Source: a bacterium (GTDB lineage: Bacteria > Hinthialibacterota > Hinthialibacteria > Hinthialibacterales > Hinthialibacteraceae). Taken from it: DNA of 64,000 nt. The DNA lies in assembly GCA_963662285.2 (NCBI GenBank), contig CAXXMV010000006.1:1824001-1888000 (forward strand), in the 5' to 3' direction. Every line of letters starts with the position of its first letter. Positions within the stretch are counted from its first letter, which is position 1. Below the pieces are notes generated by a model, which was given only the letters and a program-made list of their open reading frames with translations, had not been told where the DNA came from and made no database searches. The position numbers and the translations under genes are program-made. Of this stretch, positions 21,952 to 30,597 are shown piece after piece.

Positions 21952-22551
21952 ATGATAGATATTCAAACTAGAATTACAGAAATACTCCAAAAAGAAGCGC
22001 AAGCCATTACAGCCATAGAGGTGACGCCTGATTTTGAAAAAGCGTTATATACGCTGAAAGATTGCCGGGGCAAAATTCTGACTACCGGCATCGGCAAGGC
22101 CGGGCATATTGCGCGGAAATTTGCGGCCACTTTGTGTTCCACCGCCACGCCCGCCGATTTCATCCATCCGGGTGAAGCCGCTCATGGCGACTTAGGATTG
22201 GCGTCTAAAGATGACGTCATCGTGGCATTCTCAACTAGTGGAAAATCGAACGAAGTAATCGAGATGCTTGAACTGAGCAGGCACCTGGGAGTGGATAAGG
22301 TAATTGGAATCACTTCACATCCAGATTCACCCCTGAGAGATTTGTGCGACATTGTTCTGGATATGGGAGAAATCGAAGAGCCATGTCCATTAGGATTAAC
22401 TCCCACATCAAGCGTTGTGGTAATGCTGGCCATCAGCGATGCGCTGGCATTAACTTTGATGGAACTAAAAGGAGTGACTAAAGAAGATTACGGTCTACGT
22501 CATCATGGCGGATATTTAGGAAGACAAGCCCGTATAGATAACCAGCCTTAG
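21952..22551 (+). CDS. SIS-domain sugar isomerase, KpsF/GutQ-like, lacking CBS domains
   Basis: GIGKAGHIARK, HPGEAAHGDLG, EPCPLGLTPTSS, HHGGYLG motifs; ORF ends after the SIS domain. Confidence 0.88.
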   Translation: MIDIQTRITEILQKEAQAITAIEVTPDFEKALYTLKDCRGKILTTGIGKAGHIARKFAATLCSTATPADFIHPGEAAHGDLGLASKDDVIVAFSTSGKSNEVIEMLELSRHLGVDKVIGITSHPDSPLRDLCDIVLDMGEIEEPCPLGLTPTSSVVVMLAISDALALTLMELKGVTKEDYGLRHHGGYLGRQARIDNQP

Positions 22552-22613
22552 AATAAAATCCCTGGGGAATGCGAAAGAGCAATATATCTCCACCGCAGGA
22601 AAATCTATATACA

Positions 22614-22641
22614 TGTTCGCATAAGATATATTATGTAAACT
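22614..22641 (+). other. dif: dif-like XerC/XerD recombination site
   Basis: TGTTCGCATAA-GATATA-TTATGTAAACT: 11-6-11 layout; left arm resembles the E. coli XerC arm (GGTGCGCATAA); right arm equals the B. subtilis dif right arm; intergenic. Confidence 0.85.
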
Positions 22642-22719
22642 TGTATAATCTTAAAAACTCTCTGAAATGATTTAACTTGTGTAATTTTACCATTCCAGAG
22701 AGTATATTTTTTATATTAG

Positions 22720-23163
22720 TTACATTCTTCTCAGAATTTCCTCGACTTGATCTTTAAGTTGAGCAATATCTCTATCTATGCTATCCAGTTTTGAAGATGT
22801 TTCTTTCATATAGTCCATTATCATGGATATCTTTTGATCTACTGATCCAGATTTCCCCGGATTGTTTTCGGGTTCGGGATTGTCGTTATCAACATTTTCT
22901 TCATCTTCTTCACCGCCATGATATTTGTAGAAAAGTTTCTTTGCGTCTTTTTTTGTTAATCCCCATTTGTTGCGTAACATCAATAATATCTCCTGGTTAT
23001 TAAAACTTTCTGAGATGGATTCCATGAATACTACTAATTTATCCCGGATAACCAAGGCTTCTCGTTGAACTTCAGAGAGCCGATCAAGCAATCCGCTGAT
23101 AAGTTCGATGTCTTCCATTTTGAAGACTAAAGAATTGGATACAGCTAAATTATCACTCAACAT
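22720..23163 (-). CDS. Hypothetical cytoplasmic protein with an acidic linker and C-terminal coiled coil
   Basis: 147-aa ORF downstream of the TPR gene. Confidence 0.65.
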   Translation of the reverse strand: MLSDNLAVSNSLVFKMEDIELISGLLDRLSEVQREALVIRDKLVVFMESISESFNNQEILLMLRNKWGLTKKDAKKLFYKYHGGEEDEENVDNDNPEPENNPGKSGSVDQKISMIMDYMKETSSKLDSIDRDIAQLKDQVEEILRRM

Positions 23164-23198
23164 GCAACCCCTAAACTCATATTTACAAAGTATTTATA

Positions 23199-24242
23199 TT
23201 AATAAGCCAAACGTCGAAGTTTGCTTATTCGTTGTTTAGCAAAACTGGTATACGAACTGGTAGAATCCATTTCGATATACTTTTCGTATAACTCTACAGA
23301 TTCTTTATACTTACCTTGCTTTTCATTGAGAAGCGCCAAATTAAAGTATGCATCTTGATTTGGCCCTAAATCAATAGCTTTTTGATAGGCTTTAATCGCC
23401 TCTCCGGTCTTTTGCTTCTTTTCTAAAACAACTCCTAAATCGTTATAGGCGGAAATCAATCCCGGATCAAGTTCAATTGCTTTTTTAATAGCAGTCTCGG
23501 CAATGTCCAACTTATTGAGTTGAAAACTTACATAACCATAATCATACAGATTTTTCGCATTATCGGGAAGTTTTTTTAGGATTTTATCATAATTATTGAA
23601 AGCGATATCCCATTTACCTGAAGCGCTCGCTTCTTTTGCCTCTTTCAACCAATTATCGATTTCATCATCTTTTTTTTTAGCTGCTATTCCAGAATTTTCT
23701 GACGAAATTGATTGCTGAGCAGTCTTGGTCTCTTGATTCTGATTAGAGAGAATAGGACTTGCGTCAGGCGAATCGATTGCAATTGGAGTAACAATTTCTA
23801 CTTTGTCAGGCGATTGAATCGTTTTGGGACGTTGTAGAAGGCTGGTTTGGTTATCAGATGCGGCGGATTTTCCACTGAGCCTCATCTCCAATCGCTCTTT
23901 TAATAATAAAACTCGATGATATTTCGGGTTGAGTTTCATAGCTTTATCTAAAGAAGCTAAAGCTTCTTCAGTGCGTCCCGTTTCTTCTTGAATAAGCGCT
24001 AAAAAATAATAAGCACTGGGGCGTGGAGATATCTCTATTGAAGCAAGATATTCTCTTTCAGCATCTTCGAATTCATTTTTTAATAGATGCTGCTCGCCTT
24101 TATAAAAATGCTCCAATGCTAAAGTGACTTTTTCTTTCCAACCCTGGTCTTGTTGAGTCTGGCAAGCGACCAGAGAAAAAGCGCAAAGTACAAAAACGGA
24201 TGGGATTAGTTTTTTCCATGCATCTCGAGTATGCCTATTCAT
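23199..24242 (-). CDS. TPR-repeat lipoprotein
   Basis: Lipobox LVA-C; TPR repeats (AYNDLGVVLEK, AYFNLALLNE). Confidence 0.85.
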   Translation of the reverse strand: MNRHTRDAWKKLIPSVFVLCAFSLVACQTQQDQGWKEKVTLALEHFYKGEQHLLKNEFEDAEREYLASIEISPRPSAYYFLALIQEETGRTEEALASLDKAMKLNPKYHRVLLLKERLEMRLSGKSAASDNQTSLLQRPKTIQSPDKVEIVTPIAIDSPDASPILSNQNQETKTAQQSISSENSGIAAKKKDDEIDNWLKEAKEASASGKWDIAFNNYDKILKKLPDNAKNLYDYGYVSFQLNKLDIAETAIKKAIELDPGLISAYNDLGVVLEKKQKTGEAIKAYQKAIDLGPNQDAYFNLALLNEKQGKYKESVELYEKYIEMDSTSSYTSFAKQRISKLRRLAY

Positions 24243-24586
24243 AAATTAAATCACCTTTTCAATTAGAGCGATTATCAAAATCATGTTCGATTATTATTAC
24301 GTATAGTATTAAAAAAGCCAATCATTTTTAGTTTTTTCAAATCGTGAATCAAAACCCTATTATGAAAACCACTCTAAACATAATGAATATAATCGCATTA
24401 AATCACAAAGATCACTCTTTAGCAACGATTACGTTGAGAAGCCCTTCATAAAACAAAGCATACTAATGAATAATTTATTCATTAGGTTTCGACAAACAAG
24501 TATATAAGACTTTGCAATTGGATCATTTATAGGCCATAATTAATAATATCGATATTTTATAGGATTTCAAACTGGATGGTGATTGA

Positions 24587-25243
24587 ATGTCTCCTTCTTC
24601 ACATCGAAAAGAACTCGAAGATATCCTGGAAGCAAAGATTCTTCAAGCGCAGCCCGCTGTGCAATCGAATCCTGATATCCAAAAGATGGTAACTCAACTA
24701 CGTTCATTATATCAAGATAATCAAGAAGATTTTATGTTTGCATTAGGGGCTGGTCCACCGCCAGCGCAGGCTAAGCAGAAACCTCAAAATGTTGTACAAG
24801 CCAAAGTTCCCCAATCGCGCATTCCTGAACTTTTATTCTTGTTAAATGCTGTAACTTCTGGAGAAAGCGTATCTCTGCCTCCTTCATTTAAAAACCAACC
24901 GGGAGGAATGCCCTCCCCTTTAGTAAATTCAACTCTGCAAATTGAGAAATTGCCAGGTGGAAATACGGCTAATCGGCGGAATAGACCGGTTTCTCCAGCG
25001 CGCCGTCAATCAAGGATGAAGGAACTTGAAGAGATCGAAACGATTGATGCGGCAATTCAGGAAGCCGAAGACATATTAATTATGATTAAAAAAGATGAAG
25101 AAGCGATTAAACAAAAAACTGGTAAATACGCCATAGCAGTCGAGCGATTGAAAGCGGAGCGTATCCTCAGAGAAATTCCCGGCAGTATCGAGCGATTAAT
25201 TTATCAAAAACGTTTGCTGGAAGAGCAAATTAAAGAATCCTAA
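24587..25243 (+). CDS. Hypothetical protein (Pro/Gln-rich middle, coiled-coil C-terminus)
   Basis: 218-aa ORF directly upstream of dtd. Confidence 0.65.
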   Translation: MSPSSHRKELEDILEAKILQAQPAVQSNPDIQKMVTQLRSLYQDNQEDFMFALGAGPPPAQAKQKPQNVVQAKVPQSRIPELLFLLNAVTSGESVSLPPSFKNQPGGMPSPLVNSTLQIEKLPGGNTANRRNRPVSPARRQSRMKELEEIETIDAAIQEAEDILIMIKKDEEAIKQKTGKYAIAVERLKAERILREIPGSIERLIYQKRLLEEQIKES

Positions 25244-25276
25244 CACTTTTTATATATCTTATTTTCTGGAGAAGCA

Positions 25277-25720
25277 ATGAAAGCAGTTATTCAACGGGTC
25301 TCCCGCGCCTCAGTACGGGTTGATGGGGAGACAATTGGCAAGATCAATCGTGGTTATACTGTGTTACTGGGCATTGCCCAGGGTGATCAGGATAAAGACC
25401 TGGAATGGATAGTAGATAAAATTTGCAACCTTCGCGTCTTCCCGAACAATATTGGAAAATTCGATAAATCCCTACTGGATATTAATGGAGAAGTCTTGTT
25501 GGTTTCTCAATTCACCTTATTTGGCGACTGCCGTAAAGGAAGACGTCCTGGATTTGATTCCGCCGCTCCTCCTGAAATTGCAATTCCCTTCTATGAAAAA
25601 TCAATCTCATTATTTAAAGCAAAAGGCGTTAAAACCGAATGCGGCAAGTTCGCTGCTATGATGGAAGTGGAACTGATTAATGATGGTCCCGTAACTTTGA
25701 TACTTGATTCTAATGAATGA
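25277..25720 (+). CDS. dtd: D-aminoacyl-tRNA deacylase
   Basis: MKAVIQRV, SQFTL, GRRP, NDGPVT motifs. Confidence 0.97.
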   Translation: MKAVIQRVSRASVRVDGETIGKINRGYTVLLGIAQGDQDKDLEWIVDKICNLRVFPNNIGKFDKSLLDINGEVLLVSQFTLFGDCRKGRRPGFDSAAPPEIAIPFYEKSISLFKAKGVKTECGKFAAMMEVELINDGPVTLILDSNE

Positions 25721-25777
25721 CATTGTGCTAGTTTCGTCTTTCATCCACTTGTTTTTACCCATACCATTGGATGCACT

Positions 25778-25809
25778 AAAAAAGCCCGGAGCAACCGCTC
25801 CGGGCTTTT
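25778..25809. terminator. Bidirectional intrinsic terminator
   Basis: AAAAAAGCCCGGAGC-AACC-GCTCCGGGCTTTT between convergent genes. Confidence 0.9.
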
Positions 25810-25833
25810 GAATTACTATAAGGTTGAAAACTG

Positions 25834-28437
25834 TTAATGCAGCATCCAACTATTAACAGAAACAGCGCTTCCATCGAACTGTGGATTATTGAATAATCCT
25901 TGCGATGTGGCGCCGGATGTATGCGAAGTAACCGCAATACCCAAATAAATGGGATCAGTCATGGCAACTTCATATTCATACTGCAACCTGTCTTCACCGT
26001 CATAGACATACCAGAGAGTAAATAGATCGTCTTCACGGGTTATTTTGATTGTACCGCCACGGGTTAGATCTGATTCGGCTGGATTCGTAATACCCGCTGA
26101 ATCGGGATCATAATCCGGATTCCAAACATCCACGTTTGTCTCCGAACCATCCGTCGAGGCCGCATCCACGCCATCGGAGTCACGCCATTGCAACAACAAC
26201 GCCTGATCCGAACTGCGGATCGCGCCGATTACATAGGCCGAAGAAGCAGTCAATTCCTGGCGAACCATGATACCCATTTTCTGCCAATCATTGCTGCTGG
26301 GATTCGTGCCATAGGCTCCGATGTACGGATCGTCTATGCTGAACGTAAAATCGCCGGATACGCGCATCCATAGGTAATGGAAATTATCCGCTGTACCCCA
26401 GATATCCGCTCCGCTGCCGACAACCTGGTAAGCATCTCCATTAATATTGATATTACCTGCTGCGCCAGGATCACCGATATCATCATGTCCCTGGAAAATA
26501 CCCATATTTTCAACTTCAACCGGAAGAGAGGTAAGTCCCGTTTCGCCGGTATATTCATTGCCATCATCATAGGTTCCGCTTAGTTCCACAAAACTTTCCG
26601 CGAAATCAGATGGGACATCCACGGTAAATGATAACGCAACAGTCCCTTCCGCACCGGCGAGTTCCCATTTAATGGCTGAACCATCGTCTGTAGCGGTTCC
26701 CGCATTGGCGGTCAAACCGGATATGGTCGTACCAGCCTGATACTTCTCAATGATTGTGGCTTTGCCGGGAGTTCCTTCACGAATATCCACGGTAATTTCT
26801 ACATCCACGGAACTGCCCGTTTTTACAGATTCGGCCTCAATTGTTTTGATAACCTGCATCGGATAAAGAGTAATTTCCAAATTATCATACTCACCCACTG
26901 AATATAAACCATCATCATGCGATGTGATTGACAGGCCGACATAAACTGGATCGGTCAACTGAATGGTTTGTTCGGAACTCAAAACCCACTCGCCATCATC
27001 GCCTATGTAATAGGCTTTGACATTTTGACCGGAACGCACGAGACGGACATCGCCTATCTCATAGTCACTGGCGCCGACATTATATGACGTTGCATTTTGT
27101 TCTGTTCGCCATTGCGCATCATACTGCCCGTCAAAGGCGCGGGTCAGAGAATGCATGTGAGGCGAACCGGCGGTCAGGTTGTCACGCACCATCAAACCGG
27201 CTTTGGACCATTCGCTTGTAGCATCGTCGTTGTAGCTCCAAACATTGGCTTGAATACTGAAAGCGCCAGACAGTTTCTTGTAAACGAAATGGAACTCATC
27301 AGCATTGCCCCAAATATCGGCGCCGCTTCCTGTAGTCCAATACCGGTTTAAGTCTTCTATATATTCAGCATCGCCAGCTGCTCCAACATCACCGACATCC
27401 AGATGATGATCGAAAATTCCGATTGGTTGAGGAGCGGTTAATGAACTATCCCCGAAAATGGAGGCATCGTCCACCATACCAGAGAACAAAACATCTTCGG
27501 TAGTTCCATCAGGAGGAGTAACAACATACGAAACCGCTTGGGCTTCGTTCAAATTCCATGTGATGGTTCCATCGCTTTCCGAACCGCCATCTGAAATATC
27601 GCTCACAATCCATCCAGCAGGAGGGGTTTCTGTAACAGTCAATGCGCCAGTACCGCCGCCCACAGTGATGTATACGGTGATCGGGTCGCCCGAGATATAC
27701 ACGGGATCATCCTGAGAGAACGTCCGCGCGCCCGCCGCTGTCACGGTTTCAGAAAACTGAACATCCGTTACGGTGGCTTCGGCCAGTAATTCGTTATCCA
27801 CGTGGTTGGTAATGACTAAACCAAAGGCGATAGAATCCTCGAAGGTCATCTCCTGTCCATGCGAGAAAACCCAGTTGGTTCCATCCAGGGAATATTCACT
27901 GATCACAAAACCGGTATCCGCCAAACGGGAAACCCGCAGCCAGACTCCATCACCAGGATCGCCAATAGAAACGCCATTAGCCTGAATTTCCACATTGTTA
28001 GAACTGCCGCTTTCAGCAATCCGCCACTGCGCGTCAATCCGATCGCCCAGGTTGGCGTCATCCGAGCCGGAGCGCAATTCAGTCCAATAATGACGCGATG
28101 TGGAAGAACCACCGTCTTCGCGCATCATAACGCCAACTTTGGCCCATTCGTTATCGCCGCCGCGGTCGTTCCATTTAACTTTTCCACTTAGCGAGCATGT
28201 GCCGGTTTTCTCTGTATACACAAAGAAACCCTCGTCTTGAGTGCCCCAAATGTCGTCTCCATTTCCCTGTATGGTATATTCATCACCGGAAACAGAAACG
28301 CCGCCTTCAGCTTTATAATCAGTAACCATTCCCCAATCAGCAGTCTGATCGAATATGCCATACTGAGCAAAAGCTTGACTCCCTGCCATTAGAATCACAA
28401 ATGACAGCCCTAGAAAAATGTGTATTTTTCTTCTCAT
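25834..28437 (-). CDS. Large secreted protein with three ConA/DUF1349-like modules, Ig-like spacers and a WMLH C-terminal tail
   Basis: Signal peptide (AFA-Q); three G(N/S)G(D/A)DIWG...W.K.G.M.R modules; GAGG RBS before 28437. Confidence 0.8.
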   Translation of the reverse strand: MRRKIHIFLGLSFVILMAGSQAFAQYGIFDQTADWGMVTDYKAEGGVSVSGDEYTIQGNGDDIWGTQDEGFFVYTEKTGTCSLSGKVKWNDRGGDNEWAKVGVMMREDGGSSTSRHYWTELRSGSDDANLGDRIDAQWRIAESGSSNNVEIQANGVSIGDPGDGVWLRVSRLADTGFVISEYSLDGTNWVFSHGQEMTFEDSIAFGLVITNHVDNELLAEATVTDVQFSETVTAAGARTFSQDDPVYISGDPITVYITVGGGTGALTVTETPPAGWIVSDISDGGSESDGTITWNLNEAQAVSYVVTPPDGTTEDVLFSGMVDDASIFGDSSLTAPQPIGIFDHHLDVGDVGAAGDAEYIEDLNRYWTTGSGADIWGNADEFHFVYKKLSGAFSIQANVWSYNDDATSEWSKAGLMVRDNLTAGSPHMHSLTRAFDGQYDAQWRTEQNATSYNVGASDYEIGDVRLVRSGQNVKAYYIGDDGEWVLSSEQTIQLTDPVYVGLSITSHDDGLYSVGEYDNLEITLYPMQVIKTIEAESVKTGSSVDVEITVDIREGTPGKATIIEKYQAGTTISGLTANAGTATDDGSAIKWELAGAEGTVALSFTVDVPSDFAESFVELSGTYDDGNEYTGETGLTSLPVEVENMGIFQGHDDIGDPGAAGNININGDAYQVVGSGADIWGTADNFHYLWMRVSGDFTFSIDDPYIGAYGTNPSSNDWQKMGIMVRQELTASSAYVIGAIRSSDQALLLQWRDSDGVDAASTDGSETNVDVWNPDYDPDSAGITNPAESDLTRGGTIKITREDDLFTLWYVYDGEDRLQYEYEVAMTDPIYLGIAVTSHTSGATSQGLFNNPQFDGSAVSVNSWMLH

Positions 28438-28597
28438 AATTAACCTCTCTAATATAGTTGTTGAAATGGAATACGTAATGAATCCATACATAAATTCTAA
28501 ATCAATTGGTAGTAATATAATTGAAGTAAATGAACATAATGCTAATAGGCATAATAAATCATTGTACCCTTTTACACAATAACGTTAATCTAAAAAT

Positions 28598-28810
28598 CTA
28601 CCCCAGATTAAATGTCGCCAAATAAATCGGGTGGGAGATAAAGACGCTGCTACCGTTATCCTGATACATTTCCAAGCGTGAACCTTTTCCAAGTTGCGTT
28701 TCATCAGTTTTTTGACGCGCCTATCCATACTCTCACGGATTATGTCAGTTTCCATCATAGGTAGGTGTAGGTAACTCAACTTTTAAGTCGATGCTACCTG
28801 CCGTGCGTAC
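28598..28810. ncRNA. Candidate structured RNA or intron-like remnant (unassigned)
   Basis: GC-richer than its flanks, several nested hairpins, no convincing ORF; see findings. Confidence 0.35.
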
Positions 28811-28811
28811 T

Positions 28812-28849
28812 AAAAAAATCCCTCAGTAAATTATATACCGAGGGATTTT
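28812..28849 (-). terminator. trpB2 intrinsic terminator
   Basis: Minus strand AAAATCCCTCGGTA...TACTGAGGGATTTTTTT. Confidence 0.8.
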
Positions 28850-28868
28850 ATAGTATTTAGTGGAATTA

Positions 28869-30224
28869 CTAGCCGATTTTGGGAAGGTTGGCTAATGCTT
28901 CTTTGATTTTCTCTAATGGATATTCGTAATCTTGTATATCACCAGCCAGGAATCGATCATAAGACGCCATATCGAAATGTCCATGTCCACTGAAGTTAAA
29001 GAAGATAGTCTTTTCTTTGCCTTCTTCTTTAGCTTTCAAGGCTTCTTCGATTACTGCTGCAATGGCATGCGAGGTTTCCGGGGCTGGAATGATGCCTTCG
29101 GTGCATGCAAAAGTGAGGGCTGCTTTGAAGGCAGCGGTCTGATGAACGGCGCGCGGCTCGATAAGGCCTTCTTCAATGGCTGCTGACACGAGAGGAGCGC
29201 ATCCATGATAGCGTAAACCGCCAGCGTGGATGCCAGGCGGTACGAAATCGTGTCCCAAAGTGTGCATGCGCATGAGAGGAGTCATTTTGGCTGTGTCGCC
29301 AAAGTCGTAAGTGAGCTCGCCCTTGGTCATAGTCGGGCAGGCATAAGGTTCAACAGCGATTATTTTGATATCCTGACCATGAGCCTTATCAACCACATAA
29401 GGGAAAGCGGCGCCAGCGAAGTTGCTTCCGCCGCCTACGCATCCAATAACGATATTGGGAGAATCTTCAACCATATCGAATTGTTTTTTGGCTTCAAGAC
29501 CAATGATGGTTTGATGATGAAGAACGTGATTCAGCACGCTGCCCAGAGCATATTTGGTATCATCATGCATTGCCGCATCTTCAACCGCTTCACTGATGGC
29601 CATGCCGAGGCTGCCCGGAGTATCAGGGTCTTTTTCTAACATAGCGCGTCCGGCATTGGTTTGATTGGATGGGCTGGGGAAAATTTCCGCTCCCCAAGTG
29701 TTGATCATTGATTTACGGTATGGTTTTTGTTCATAACTGATTTTTACCATATAGACAGTGCATTCCAAGCCGAAATGGTTGCAGGCGTATGATAAAGCGC
29801 TGCCCCACTGCCCTGCTCCAGTTTCTGTGGAAAGACGTTTAACGCCTTCTTGCTTGTTGTAGTAAGCTTGAGCAACAGCCGTATTTGGCTTGTGACTTCC
29901 CGCAGGACTTAGGCTCTCGTTTTTGAAATAAATCTTGGCTGGAGTTCCCAAGGCTTTTTCAAGATTATATGCGCGCACTAAAGTCGTAGGACGCCATAAT
30001 GAGAGAACATCAAGGATTTCTTCGGGAATATCGATCCATGGATCGGGGCTCATTTCTTGTTGAAGCAAACTCATAGGGAAAAGTACGGCCATTTTCTCAG
30101 GCGCCATTGGTTCACCCGATGAAGGATCGAGATAGGGAGCCGGTGGGTTTTTCAAATATGGAGTAAGATTCAACCATTTCTTAGGTATTTGATCTTCGCT
30201 GAGTACAATTCGTCTATGCAACAT
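28869..30224 (-). CDS. trpB2: Tryptophan synthase beta-2 (TrpB2)
   Basis: [37 protein letters not shown] motifs; no adjacent trpA. Confidence 0.95.
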   Translation of the reverse strand: MLHRRIVLSEDQIPKKWLNLTPYLKNPPAPYLDPSSGEPMAPEKMAVLFPMSLLQQEMSPDPWIDIPEEILDVLSLWRPTTLVRAYNLEKALGTPAKIYFKNESLSPAGSHKPNTAVAQAYYNKQEGVKRLSTETGAGQWGSALSYACNHFGLECTVYMVKISYEQKPYRKSMINTWGAEIFPSPSNQTNAGRAMLEKDPDTPGSLGMAISEAVEDAAMHDDTKYALGSVLNHVLHHQTIIGLEAKKQFDMVEDSPNIVIGCVGGGSNFAGAAFPYVVDKAHGQDIKIIAVEPYACPTMTKGELTYDFGDTAKMTPLMRMHTLGHDFVPPGIHAGGLRYHGCAPLVSAAIEEGLIEPRAVHQTAAFKAALTFACTEGIIPAPETSHAIAAVIEEALKAKEEGKEKTIFFNFSGHGHFDMASYDRFLAGDIQDYEYPLEKIKEALANLPKIG

Positions 30225-30597
30225 ATTTCCTACCTCTGTTCAAGAATTTCCCTTAATTGCCACCGGTTAATAATTTGAATGGTGGTTGAAATAAGGGTGA
30301 AAAAATAAGTTACACAACATTACATGAACCAAAGTAGATTGCATAGAGGAAAGGATGATTATGAGTAAAATTTTTACGCCCTTTTTGCAAAGAACAAGCA
30401 TTGTGACTGTAACTTGTTGTAAGATAAGATATATTTGCGCCTTTTACCAATAGTCAATGATAAGAATTGTTCAAAACTATATTGTCAAAATGCTGGTCTA
30501 ATAAATTGATTTATGTTAGAGTAATTTTCATCAATAGAAATAAGCCAAAAGACATGAAATGCGGATTAATCGGTAAAAAAATAAAGGGAGATTTCAA

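Noticed and set aside
28635-28712. Hammerhead-like (CTGATGA..GAAA) and SRP-like (CAGG..AGCAG) motifs on the minus strand
   Set aside because: Hammerhead stem II does not pair, and the SRP spacing and GNRA hairpin are missing
28585-28779. 64-aa ORF within the structured element
   Set aside because: TTG start, no RBS and no motif; RNA structure explains the region better
30225-30420. Trp attenuator leader upstream of trpB2
   Set aside because: The short upstream ORF I could read has no Trp codons, and no T-box is evident
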